Shown: positions 46,006 through 57,900 of the stretch, piece after piece
Layout of the letters: every line of letters starts with the position of its first letter
Numbering within the stretch: the first letter of the stretch is position 1
NCBI GenBank assembly: GCA_047495785.1
Contig: JBLDXI010000046.1
Location: forward strand, 682,001 to 746,000
Length of the DNA stretch: 64,000 bases
Source: Lepidodermella squamata
Lineage: Eukaryota > Animalia > Gastrotricha
Reading direction: 5' to 3'
Notes under the pieces: generated by a model
Database searches by the model: none
Seen by the model: only the letters and a program-made list of their open reading frames with translations
Told to the model about the DNA's origin: nothing
Translations under genes and position numbers: made by a program

Positions 46006-46703
46006 TTTTAGTCTGAAATATCTACAATATAAGGCGAACATGGAAACTGAGACTGTGCAAAAATATCGATAAAAGCAGAGGGATTCTGTTAAGATGGAAA
46101 TGGCTAGAGCATTCGAGCATTCGAAGAACCAAGGGAAGCGATGAAATCGTCGCAAACGCCACAGCTTTGTCGTATTACTGAATAGTGAGTGTTGATTTGC
46201 GGGTTTAAATAAGGTGGCTCTTCATTGCAGGTTACAGACCTGGATGGGAATTTCTTCACATTCGTTCTTATCGGTCTCAAAACGGACAACGGAACGCCCT
46301 CAGCCTCAATTTACCCACACCAAAACTCAGGTTCCGAACAACCTTAATTCTCATCACAGATTATAAACGATGGTTATATCGGCGCGCCAAGGTTCATTGC
46401 CTGGAACAATGTTTTTTCGACCATCCAGAGATGTCAGCGATAGTGGCATCGAGAACCATCTCAAATCTCCCATCATACTTTCTTGTCTTTACGTTTTCCG
46501 AAGCAGGTGGTACCCTTTATCATTCGAAATATCATTGTTTTTTCAGCTGTTAGGTTCGATGTAAACTTGTCGCGACAACCAGCGCTATCGAGCGTTATCG
46601 CTGAGAACCACCCAGGTGTTACGCCTTAGGTTTCTCACTGATCATTGAATCTCACACAGAAACCCAACTTTGCTTTCGAAGATATCTGTCATTCAAGCTA
46701 AAT

Positions 46704-46963
46704 ATGCCAAACCGACTGATTTTCCTGGTTTTTGCCATTCTTTGCATGTCACTTTGCGCTCATGCCGCTACTGAGTGCCTGGCTCAGGAATCGAAGTGCA
46801 GTTACTACAGCGGCCCCAAGTGCTGTGATGGGTTGTATGTAAATTAAGTTCATTTTTTGCCCTCCATTCCAAAGATTTTCTTTACAGGACCTGCTACGGC
46901 GTGTTGATACCTGGCCCGTCTCCTGGAAAAGTTACCAAAGTCTACCGATGCATCAAAATTTGA
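46704..46963 (+). CDS. ICK/knottin toxin-like secreted peptide 2 (2 exons, intron 46832-46887; not in ORF track)
   Basis: MPNRLIFLVFAILCMSLCAHA-ATECLAQESKCSYYSGPKCCDGTCYGVLIPGPSPGKVTKVYRCIKI; AATAAA at 46981. Confidence 0.85.
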
Positions 46964-47028
46964 CCTGCTTAAATTGCCGCAATAAAAACTCGGACTTCAA
47001 ATGACTTCTGTTTTATTGAATCAGTTTT

Positions 47029-47538
47029 TCAAGGCCACCATTTAGGGTCTTCTGGATCACAGCGTTCTAGCCTAGACACGGCAAACAACTCGACGTAGTA
47101 ATTGAGCCTCCGATCGTCCAATCGATGTGCTGATCCGAAGCCGAATAACTTGTAATCACCCAACATATTCGCCTCATCGTCCTCGGATTTAATCCAAGCT
47201 TCATGCGCACTTTCCGGCGTCTCGCCATACGCGATATTTTCCGCCAGCAGACGAGGTCCTTTGTCCGGCCACATGAAACCAGCCCTCAGTACGCGCTGGA
47301 TCGGTCTCGAGCCATCCGAGCCGAAGCTGTCGAGGAATCCATGCAAAGCCATGTCCTCAGCATGAGACTGAGCGGCTTCTTTCAGCTTCGAATTTAAACA
47401 CAACTGCCGTGACGTAGCATTTTTCGACGTCCGGTATTCGTTAACCAATTTCACCATTTCCTTAGCCGGATCACGCCTCCAATCAGCATTGCATAAAGAG
47501 CTTAGGTAAAATAAAGTAACAGCCAAAATTTTCAGCAT
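47029..47538 (-). CDS. Secreted single-domain CAP/SCP protein 1
   Basis: Signal MLKILAVTLFYLSSLCNA; LCLNSKL.EAAQSHAEDMA..GSDGSRP..R..RAGF..AENIA..ANML..YYVELF..ERCD. Confidence 0.88.
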   Translation of the reverse strand: MLKILAVTLFYLSSLCNADWRRDPAKEMVKLVNEYRTSKNATSRQLCLNSKLKEAAQSHAEDMALHGFLDSFGSDGSRPIQRVLRAGFMWPDKGPRLLAENIAYGETPESAHEAWIKSEDDEANMLGDYKLFGFGSAHRLDDRRLNYYVELFAVSRLERCDPEDPKWWP

Positions 47539-47596
47539 AACAAAATCAGCTAATAAATAACATCTAAAATAAAAACAAGTAAATTTATGTAAAATT

Positions 47597-48100
47597 TTAA
47601 TAATTTTCAAAATCGTCGCAAGTTTCGCTGGCAGAAGACGCAAAAAGTAGTACAAAGTAGAAAAAGCCGGGTTGATCTATCAATTCTGCCGCTCCGAAGC
47701 CGAAGAATGCCAAATCGTGAGCCATCATGTTTTCGTAATGTGGTACCGAGTTCGTCAAAGCTTCATGGGCTCGCCTTATCCCAGTGTTGTAGACAAGATT
47801 TTCAGCGAGCCGCGAGACCCGGAAACCAGCACGTCGAACTCGATCGACTGGCGACGTTCCGTCAGAGCCTGTGTCGTCCAAAAAGCCATTCCTAGCCATA
47901 TCGATTGCATGGGCTCGAGCTGCTATGCTTAGGGTTTCACTTAAACACAACAATGGTATGGATTTCTCGCGACGAGCCGAGTTGACCAAGAGTAACATTT
48001 CCGCTGCCCATTCTTCGTGGCGAAATTTCAAGCAGTAACAAATCGAATTGAGAAGGCAACAAGTGATAAGTAGCGTAGATGCTGTACGAACGGTGATCAT
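47597..48100 (-). CDS. Secreted single-domain CAP/SCP protein 2
   Basis: Signal peptide; LCLSETL..AARAHAIDMA..GSDGTSP..AENL..HYENMM..ETCD. Probable 5'UTR intron at about 48137-48189 and TATA at about 48342-48350. Confidence 0.88.
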   Translation of the reverse strand: MITVRTASTLLITCCLLNSICYCLKFRHEEWAAEMLLLVNSARREKSIPLLCLSETLSIAARAHAIDMARNGFLDDTGSDGTSPVDRVRRAGFRVSRLAENLVYNTGIRRAHEALTNSVPHYENMMAHDLAFFGFGAAELIDQPGFFYFVLLFASSASETCDDFENY

Positions 48101-48380
48101 TGCTTTTTGTTGGCATCCAAAAGCTTGAAACAACTCTAAAACCACAGGAAAACATGAGCAAAATAAGGATATGCGTAAGCAATGTTTACCTTATCTGGAT
48201 ATCGCCTCGCACCATTTGGCAGCACAGACATTGAACTTATTGAAGCGGCGAGAAAAGCCATTCGACGCACAAGTGAATAACAAAAAACTTCGGAGATCTA
48301 GGGAATAGATGATTGTTCCTATTTTTAAGGAGGATTCCTTCTTATATATAGATTTTATTTAGCTTTTATAATTTCGGGTA

Positions 48381-48896
48381 TTAATCGCAGTATTCTTCGT
48401 CGGAAGTTGCGAAAAGTTCGACGTAGCAGTACAGTCCAGGCTTGTCAGCCATTTCAGCCATTCCGAAGCCGAAAAAGCGATACCTCTCTCGAAGCATATT
48501 CTCGCGATGGTACTGCGATTCCATGAAGCCTTCGTGAGCTCGATTGAGATCGTACTCGTAACCACCGCTGAGTAAGTTCTCGGCTAGAAGTCGCGGCTCA
48601 AATCCGGCCCGGAGCAACCGTTGGTCAGGCCTCGAGCCGTCAGAGCCTGAATGATCGACGAAACTGTTTCGAGCCATGTCTTCCGCATGTGACTGAGCGG
48701 CGTCGTTTAATTTCGCATTTGAGCAGAGCTGGCTTTTCACGCCGTAGTCGAGCCGAGCATGGTTAACGAGGCGTAGCATCATTTTCGACAAATCATCGTT
48801 CGAAAAGCTGGAAATCACGTTGGCAAATGAAAGGCCAAGAAAATACGAATAAATAATGGTAATGAGATAACAATGTTTGCTTGTTAATTTTTGCAT
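48381..48896 (-). CDS. Secreted single-domain CAP/SCP protein 3
   Basis: Signal peptide; LCSNAKLNDAAQSHAEDMA..DHSGSDGSRP..AENL..HRENML..YVELF..EEYCD. Confidence 0.9.
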   Translation of the reverse strand: MQKLTSKHCYLITIIYSYFLGLSFANVISSFSNDDLSKMMLRLVNHARLDYGVKSQLCSNAKLNDAAQSHAEDMARNSFVDHSGSDGSRPDQRLLRAGFEPRLLAENLLSGGYEYDLNRAHEGFMESQYHRENMLRERYRFFGFGMAEMADKPGLYCYVELFATSDEEYCD

Positions 48897-49828
48897 ATTT
48901 TTAGCGTTAAGTTTATTGACATAGAGGCATTGCTATGCAGTCGTTATTTTGCGATTCACCTTCAACAAAGCAGCCTTTTGGATAACGTGCAAAGTTTTGA
49001 TGTAAACACGCGCTGTTTTCAAAACATTGCGCAAAGTTGGTCATACAAATAAGCCGGCTTTTGTTCAAGGGATAGGAATCTAAAATTGGTAAATAGATGC
49101 GATTTATTGAAAACGCCGCAAATCATTTGCAAATTCGTTGGGGTTGTGTATGTTCTGTTTCATAATAAATCATGCGTAAATAATTGAATAATGACGGGTC
49201 AGTCAAATTTCGCGTTTTTTCAATAAAATTCCTGAAATCATTGTTTAAAGCAGTTATGAGTACGCCATTTATCATTGAGTCTCCAACAATCTCGCCCTGG
49301 TATCTATGATAGAAAAAGCGAGGACAGCAACTATTTAAATTTTTCATCAAACTGTGATCTGAACTCAGGTGAATGCTGCTCTTCAACCCCAAATATAGAC
49401 AACCGCGTCATGTTTCTGCTATTCAATCTTCCTCGTGCGTTACGCGCAGTGAGATTTCACAATCGAAAACGGATGAGTGGCTCGTCGTTTGGATTAATCC
49501 GAGAGGTAATCTTGAGGTAATCGTAATCCGTTCTCAAAGAGCGGCAAAAATGCTGAAAAAAACAGGCGCATTTTCCGAGCCGGAAATCAATAATATTTCT
49601 ATTATTTAATTCGCGTTTGATTTTTCGACTGACGCAAAACACGTCAACAAGATATTTACGGCTGATGCTCCTTTAATAGCCTGTTCTTAGGTAAAAAAAT
49701 ACAGCTCTTGTATTATTGCTGATGATTTCAATTAATCTATCGATTTCTTGTTTTTATTTTTGAACAGTCCTGATTCTCTCCCGTGAATCACGATTAAACA
49801 GGCCGAGAGCAAGATAGCATTGGGGCTG

Positions 49829-52057
49829 ATGGCATTGATTTTCCCCCTTATCATTTCCTCGATAGTTTGGAACGTTGTTGATGGTTCCAGCGTACAAGAA
49901 CTAACTTTCAACAATAGTCAACTTGAAAACAGTAAGTTTCGTGTTTGGAAAGTCCAGCCTTCAAATATTTAACAATTTCACGCAGCCGCTTGGCGATTGA
50001 TGACCTTCCCTGTGGAGGCCGGAGTTACCCTGAATGCTCTTGCTGCGACGATACCGGTAAATTAACTTAATTCGAGACATTTCTACCCATGCTTTTTCAG
50101 GTTTCGAACGACAATGGTGACATTCACGTTGTCGCTTCGATTCAAATGCATGCAACGGGTTCGGTTGTAGTCAGCGTTACCAGCCAGGCTATCGAAAATG
50201 CTATGAGCCTCAATAGTTTGTCTTTCGCTTATCTGCTTTCATTTGAATCCCAATTATTTCATGATAGATGTCACGTTTTACCTGGCTGAAAGTGCGCCTC
50301 AAAACAAAACCTTGGCCCAATATTGCACAGAGGAGGTCGAGCCTCCTGGTCAGACTATTACGCTGGAGTTGGACTATTATGTCGGGAAATGGGTGGTTTC
50401 GAGGGTAATGATCCAATTTTGTCCCCATAATTTATACTCAGTGTAAGATCAGATAGCGAATACGACATTTCGATGCTACGTCGAAGTGCCGAGCGTTGAG
50501 TCGTCTCAGTTCTACCTCGTAATTCTAGTAACATCGAATGATACGGCGATATTCAACCAAGTTTCGGTTGAAATTCTCGATAAAAACCGCACTCTCCCTA
50601 TCTCGGACGTTTCAACTCCTGATACAATGACTGGAATTACTGCTACAGAACCTCAAAATCCGAAAATTTCTGGTGAGGGGGCGAGTTTGAAACCATCGAT
50701 TGGTTCTTCGGCTGCAACCACCTTGCATCCGCAACTACCCGAAATTCTAGTTCGCACAACAACCTCGAGCTATTTAACGAGCTCTACTACGTCAAGAAAT
50801 GTCCCGCTAGGACTCTCGACATCGCCAGAACAGTCCACCGAAAAACCTGAGATGCCGAATGAATCACCGGCAGCCACTTCCTATTCGACTCATTTAGATG
50901 AGATAACAACTTCAACTGGGCTAATAGGTTCAAGCAATGACTCTTCAAGCTCAGGTACAACGACCGAAAGTTCGCCGCTAGAAAATAGCACTACAACGAG
51001 TAAATATCGAGCAGAAACTGCTCCTGGAATTTCCTCTTCAACGGAAGGTTTGGATCGCGATTTAACCTCAGAGAATACGCCAATTGTCTCAGCTCAGAGC
51101 TCAGTAAAAGTGGTGACTGAATTTATCCAAAAAATGAGCTCAACCTTGCCGACTACCTTGCCAGAACATTCGACTGATCATGCTTCAGGCCATGGGTCTG
51201 ACTTCGAAACATCCCCATTGCCCTTACTTAATTCTACCTTTCATAGCAGCGCTATTTCGAAATTCTCTGAATATGGTACAACGGAAAGTAGTCTTCCCTC
51301 GGAAAATAATGTGAACACCTTTCTTCCTTATTTTTCCACGCGAGGCGAGCTCTCATCACTTACCACCTCAGCTGCTGATACTATCGAAGTCTCGAATGAC
51401 CCGCTCACCACCACTCCCTCTTCGTTTTCGACCACCAAAGAGGTTTCTTTTAAAGCTGGAACTGAAATGACTGGTCAAGATCATCACTTCGCTAAGACAT
51501 TTGCTAACGCGATCAATCGAAATTCGTCTTCAATGCTTGAAAAATTTGCAACAACCAGCGTCGTAGATGTTAAAGCGGACATCACCACAAATATGCCAAT
51601 TATTCTCGAAGCTAGCTTAACAACTGAACGAGAAGCAGTAGAGCTAACCACAGTGGTTCCTGGTTCTTCAATAAATTACGCAACAACCGCGATGGAAAGT
51701 GCTCCATCCTTGGTGGTTGTAGTGAGTGTGGAGGTCGGCCAAATCGATCCAAGTCCCCTCGATAACGAAACAGTTGGCATTACGCCCAACAGCGACCTGA
51801 ACCAGAAGAGTAACAGCAATTCGCAGCCTTACGTCGTGCCGAGTAGTGGTGGCGGCTCTTCAAGTAATGGAGGAAGTGCAAGCGCTCAAACAGGGTCTTC
51901 GCAACAACGAAATTCCGCTATTAGGCACTCTTGCTCAGGTACCATTTTCGAAGTTTTAACAAATTCCTTTCGAAATATTTTATTTTGATTAGGACAATCC
52001 TCAATGGTAGCTGTGTTTACTGTTTTAGCGTTCCATCAGCATTATTTAAATATTTAA
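49829..52057 (+). CDS. Mucin-like secreted/GPI protein: N-terminal globular domain plus Ser/Thr-rich stalk (multi-exon)
   Basis: Signal exon MALIFPLIISSIVWNVVDG; short introns link to ORF 50486-51988 (S/T/E-rich). A probable final intron gives the hydrophobic tail GQSSMVAVFTVLAFHQHYLNI. Confidence 0.7.
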
Positions 52058-52261
52058 GCCAGTGTTTTTCGATGCAAAAATCTCATTTTGTGTGTTTGAG
52101 TAATAGTAATAAAACAACATCGTTTTAATTTATATCGCAGTGTTTCACGAAGAAATGAATAATAATAGGCTAAATGCATTAGCGTATTCGCCACTGCATC
52201 GTCATAAAAACTTGTAACACCGTGTGCTCAAGTAATGAAGTAACATTGGCATGCCGCGAAA

Positions 52262-52980
52262 ATGTTGGCTCAATTTATTTTGGTTTTTTCAGTTATCCTC
52301 ACGGTAAGTGGCCAAGCAAATGATCGAGGTAACCGAATTTTTCCTCGTTTCTTGGTTATTATTGCTTATGTTATTTTAAGGTTACTGTGGACTTGATAGG
52401 TATATCTACCGGCAAGCAGACCAATTTCCAGGCCGAAGTAGTAAATTGCAGATATTCTCAACTCCGATGATTTCATGCGATGGGTTACTCCGCGGATGGC
52501 GATTCTTAGCAATGGCAGATATTATCGAAAACCTGCGACTTGCTGTCTTTCGCCTTGATCGCAACGGCGTCTTCAATGTGGTGAACAGTTCTTATGTCAA
52601 CTTGAATTTGGTCATGTCGACGCGATGGGGATATAGCCCGGTTAAAACTTGGATAACTGTTAAGCTAGGCGAGCCGTATTATGTCAGAAAAACGGATTTT
52701 ATCGGTATATTTCAAACGCTCTCTACTTCCAAGTCTTCATTGGTTTCTATTTTACTTAGGGGTCTATTATGACAGCATATTCACAGAGCAGAGTATGCAG
52801 GCAATTGGAACTAGAGCCTTTGATCCGCTAACGGACAATGCAAATGGGGACTACACTTGCTATACATTCAATGTTGATGCTGGTGCCCTATCTCGGCGTA
52901 AGGTAGCATCTAGAGAAGCAATTACCGAGAGAAGGATACCTGCTTTGTTGCCGCTGGTCGTTGACTCGGCTGTGTCATAA
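52262..52980 (+). CDS. Secreted uncharacterised beta-rich protein (3 exons)
   Basis: MLAQFILVFSVILTVSG..; ISCDGLLRGWRF..LRLAVFR..DFI|GVYYD.. joins ORFs 52446-52772 and 52681-52980 through a short GT-AG intron. Confidence 0.7.
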
Positions 52981-53264
52981 ACCCATTTGTTGATTGACTC
53001 CTCACATATGCATGTATTTAACGAACTCTTAATTAAGAATAAATTGCTAACAGCTAACAGGAACAAAACGTCTTGAGAACGGTATTTGATGTCTTTGGTG
53101 ATTCTGTTGAGCAAGTAGAAGGAGGCGGTATCGTTTTTGTATGGTAGTTGCTGCCAGCTTGATTGAACCTGGAAGCAAATTCAGCAGTTTTCTCGTTTGA
53201 GATCTTTTTCAGTCAGATCTTATTTTGCGAGGGTCAATAAGTCTTCCGTTCACGCCATCATGTT

Positions 53265-53303
53265 TTGGCTGATGATGGCCTCTGTGAGGTCGAAACGTCG
53301 CAT
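53265..53303 (+). ncRNA. Degenerate Penelope-type minimal hammerhead motif
   Basis: CTGATGA-T-GGCCTC(TGT)GAGGTC-GAAAC-GTC; helix I pairs poorly. Confidence 0.55.
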
Positions 53304-53329
53304 CTACATCAATGTTACACCACGATTCC

Positions 53330-53830
53330 TCAAATAAACAAACTACTTGAATTATGACCGTGGTCACACTCAAACAATTTCTGGAGTCCATGAATAGTTT
53401 CAAGGCTCCGGGTCCGAGCGGAGTGATTCGATAACCCCATCTGGTTCAAGCAAGTCGAACGCTTTTGACAGATTACGGCTGGCAGTTGCGACTTACTTGT
53501 TTTGTGCTGCAACTACGAGCCACTTTTCAGCAAGTGCTACCAGGCAGCCGCTTGTCGAGGGGTGTTTGCGAAAGCCGAGCTGGTATTTTAACAGGAAGCT
53601 GTTCAAGTGAGGTTTCAGTTTCAGTTGTTCACCGAGGCAACGTTCGAAGAGCTTCAGGCAGCCAGATAGGATCGAGATCAGTCGATAGTTTTCAGGTAGT
53701 TGTTTCTCGCCAGACTTATGGGCAGCTAATGCTGTCTCGTAGAACACATTCCGGAACGCCATCGTTTTATTGTTCGAGAGCTTCTTTGCACTTTCAATCG
53801 TGTCTTCTTCCGTGAATTTGCGAAACTCGA
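53330..53830 (-). pseudogene. CR1/L2-like non-LTR RT fragment
   Basis: KSGEK..PENYRLISILS...KLFER...YQLGFRKHPST, then frameshifted (D)LSKAFDLL. Confidence 0.8.
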
Positions 53831-54059
53831 AGGCACGTCCGATACTAGATGCGCGACGTTTCACTGTAGGCTGCAGGCTGTAGGCTGTAGGCGATTGTAG
53901 CTGGGGCCGCACTGCATTATGTAACGTCGTCATAGAGATCATACAACAAATATCAAATTACTCAGAAATTTAGTTTTATTACATTAAATTGATTTTGAAA
54001 TTTGTATCGGTCAACTTTCAGTTTGTTGATATTTCTTACAGCATGCAACAGGTGATTTT

Positions 54060-54680
54060 CCACAGCTGGCTGATTTCTCGTTTCGTTTCGTTCAAAGAGA
54101 GAAATCGCCAGGGAAACACGTCAAAAAGCCCATGGATGCCTTCCCGTTGACCACAGCAGCACCACCACTAGTCAACGAACGGATCTCTATCGTGGCACGG
54201 CAGCGTGGAACAGCGCAACCGAATTCATTGAATGAGCTCGTCAAGCTGCCTATATCGTCGAATTCGATAAAGAACACTCCTTTGTGCCACTTGGCCCGTG
54301 TAAAACATCGCTACAGCGGTGACTCGGGTTGTAAACTCTCAAACTGATGCCCAAGCATTTCGTCGGGCAACTGGCGATTGGGCTTCAAAATCCATCCATT
54401 CATCCAACGACTGAGATGATGTCATTACAGAGTGTGTATAGCAATTCGGGTCATTTGCGGGTCTTGCGATACATTGTGATTTGTAGGAATGCGTCAAAGT
54501 CAGATCTTCTCGATCCATATGCGTCGAGCTGCCTAGATGTCGACTTTTTGAAGCAAACAACTCGGAGATTTTATTTTCTCAGATCCTTAATCTTTTTTCT
54601 TGTTTACTATTGTATTCGATTGTATTGATTGTACTGCAAGACCCGTGTAAACTGCGGTGACCCTAATCCTGAAACTGATA
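54060..54680 (+). mobile_element. LINE 3'-end relics (two similar tails)
   Basis: RRFYFLRSL is L2/CR1-like. The motif CCCGTGTAAA..GCGGTGAC..AAACTGAT recurs at about 54294 and 54641. Confidence 0.4.
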
Positions 54681-54975
54681 CCTAATCGTATCGTAGAGCT
54701 ACTGGGGATTGGGCGTTTCAATCTAACCATCCATCCTTGTGTGTTCTTCCTTATTTCTATTCAATTCATGAGCAGGTCTTGATGTTCCGCTTTTCTCTGC
54801 GTTCTTAAAACTTGGCCTTTGAGAATCTCCGGGCTTTCGGAAGTTATCCTTGATCTTGCGGATCAGTGTTCTCGAGGGTGTGCTGAGCCGGCATTTTGGT
54901 CAATGCTGTAGCCAAGAACTTTTTGCGGCTCGGTTACGTTGCATTATTGTTTCCTGTCTAGTCGAGCTTTTAAAT

Positions 54976-57900
54976 ATGAGCGGTAACGCCCCGGATTGTA
55001 CGGTGATTATAACTAAAACGGACGAGGACATAACAGTGAGTGGCTGTCGTGCCAACTCTTTGGTAAGTAAAATTAATTATTTCATCAATCACCGTTGAAT
55101 GCGTTGTGCATAAAATCAGTTCACGGCCTCGTTTATTGACCCGCCTTCAGATCTCACGCCTTCAAGTATCAAGGTATGTTTGAACAGTAATTTCAAATTT
55201 AGCCGAAGGAGATTTCTGGTAGGTTTGTTCAGATCAGGATATTTTTCCTACAGCAACAGGTGAAGCTGTCATGAATCAGTGTCGTGTTGATGTTTTGTAT
55301 TTTGTGCTCCGTTAACGGTCGCATTCCTTGCTTCTTACGTTCTCCTGTTGTTGAATACTATGCTTGTTGATTTTACCGCTAACTGATTATGTGTTTTTTC
55401 AGTATGTGGAGCAAACGGTCGTATATGGAAATAAAAACGGAAGTGAAACCAAGAGTAAGTTTTTGACAAGTTTTGATAGCGAGATTTTAAAATTGTTCGA
55501 TTTTCAAGTTTCAAAGAAGTGGTATTCTGCCGAGGCAAAGGACTTGCAGACCTCTGCTCATTCTGACTTAGTGCGAGCTTTTATCAATCATATAATTTGA
55601 TTTGATTTTTTGTTATATTTTACAGCCTGGCATTGAGTGCATTAGTGCACCGGTATGTCATGAGCATTCTGTTTTCTCAGCAATTTCAGTCTTGTCTCTT
55701 TTAGCTGATGGCCGGCTCGGATGCGCCGCGTAATCTGGAAGAACATATTCAACCCGACGACTTGAACTTGACAACTGTTAGTTTTTATCTGATCATCAAG
55801 TAGTTTTGACGCACTAGTTGTAAACTTCAACTTGTAGGACGGAACTTCTGCTGCGCCGTTAAATACTGATGGGCGTGATCAAACGGTAAGCTATTCGAAT
55901 TTTTTCATGTTGGAATATTTTTCATAATTTTGCGGTGAATTCTTTCATTCAGACTGAAAAAAGCTGCCATACTTTGGATCATCCCTCGAAGGTAGCTAGA
56001 CTTTTGTTGCTGACGATGCGTTTTATATCCATTATATCCCGATAGGAGCCGCGAGCCGCAATGCCAAGGGGCCAGTCGAGCCTGCTCTATCAAGCTCCAT
56101 CGACCAGCCCTGGGGTAAGTTCTCTCTTCAAATCTCTCTCCAAATTGAAGAGCCTTGCAATTTTCTGTAGTCTTTTAATATGAAAAAGCAAGTTGGATGA
56201 TTGTAGTCACATTTTTGATTGTTGGAAGAAGCAAGACATTGGTCGGATGAAAATAGTTTCCCCCCATTAACAGTTAAAAACGCTAAAATACCACAAAATT
56301 GCATATTTCCCGAATTTGACCAAAGGTGTTAGCACGTTTTGAGGAGATGAAAAGCAATCATTAAACAGGCCTAGATGTCGGCTAGGGTCTGAAAAAACCG
56401 ATTCTCAAAAATCGCACGTTTTTAACTCGAATAAATTTCAATAATTTGACCTTGCCAATAATTAATTTAAAGCATGCCGAAATGGATTATTTTTTTTTGC
56501 GGCACAGGAAAACACTCTTGAATTTTTAGCCATGTGTCCCTTGTTAACGTCAAATGGAAAATTACTAAGTTTTCCGTATTTTTACCTGCTGGTTACTAAA
56601 ATTAATTTTTTGAGGCGGATTTTGCCCGCTAAATGGCCCTCGATCGTTCGAAAATGCTCTGTGCTCAAGTAATTTATTAATTGAGGAAATGGGGCTTCGA
56701 CGCCGATTTTTAAACGGCTCGTGAAAATTGCTGCTTGTACTTGGTTTTTCTATCATTTATTCCATGTCGGTCAACCCGTTATTCTTAGCCCGATTGGTCG
56801 AATTTGTTGCATGCGATTACTCGAGTTATATCTAGCCTATAAAAGCCTATCTAGCCAAATGAGCAAGTTGAGAAAAATTACAACGAAACCCACTAATCAG
56901 GTCTTCTACATACCGTAATTTTCGTTATAACAGCCGTGACTATTAATTTTTCTGTTTTTCGAGAAATTTCAGTAATTTAACAGGAAAAATGGCGGTGCAG
57001 TTTAGAAAATTATCGGAAAACTGTGAGAAAAAGAGGTATTTTTTTAATTTGATCCCTTAATTTTGGCCTCTACCCAGGTGGGCAGGAAGATGAGGCTAGG
57101 GGGCCGAAATAATGCCTAAGCTGGTTTTTTTACTTGAACATGAGATAATGTGCTTGATGAATAGTTTTTTCCTTGATTTCTTGCTCAAATTTGCTTTCCA
57201 CTTGAAAATGAAGTGTATTTTATTTTTTATTTTTATGTAGCTGGTAGACGACAGTCCTAATTACAGTGCCTTTGTCCCGGAGAGCGAGGATTGGGTAATT
57301 GTATTTGCCTGGCTAATGCGTTTTATATATGTATGTAGCAAATTTCGATAGGGGCTACCATTCCAAGAAGTAATGGTTGAAACGCCTAGCAGCTTTGAGG
57401 TATGTTGAACTTGATCTTTCATCTGTTTTATCGGAGACGTTTGCGCAATTTGATTTAGTTCAAAAATTTAGTGCGTGATCTGCCAACATATTTGGCTTAA
57501 TTTTTTAATTTAATTTTCAGAACGGCATTCATGGAGCGGTATGTCATTAGTTCCAGTTCCAAGATTAAGGGCGATTAAATCTTGCCCGTTGTAGCTCGAC
57601 GAGGGCGTTGAGATGTTGACGAAACAAACTGGAGCGGTTTTTGATGTGGAAAGCCGGGTTGCACCCGGTAACCCGAACACAGTTCGTTTTCCTGCGATTT
57701 TTTGTTTGTATTTAGAGCGCTTGTTTTAAACTTGTAGACCGTCGATTCTCATGTGCTGCTAAATTCTGAGGGAAACGCTGGAAATGAATTGGTATACATG
57801 TTCAACATTGCAATTAATTTCTTTAAATTTTCAATTTTTGCAGGCTGAAAAGCGCTGTGACTTCTTGGATAATGTTAAGGTAGCTTGAATATTTTTTCCT

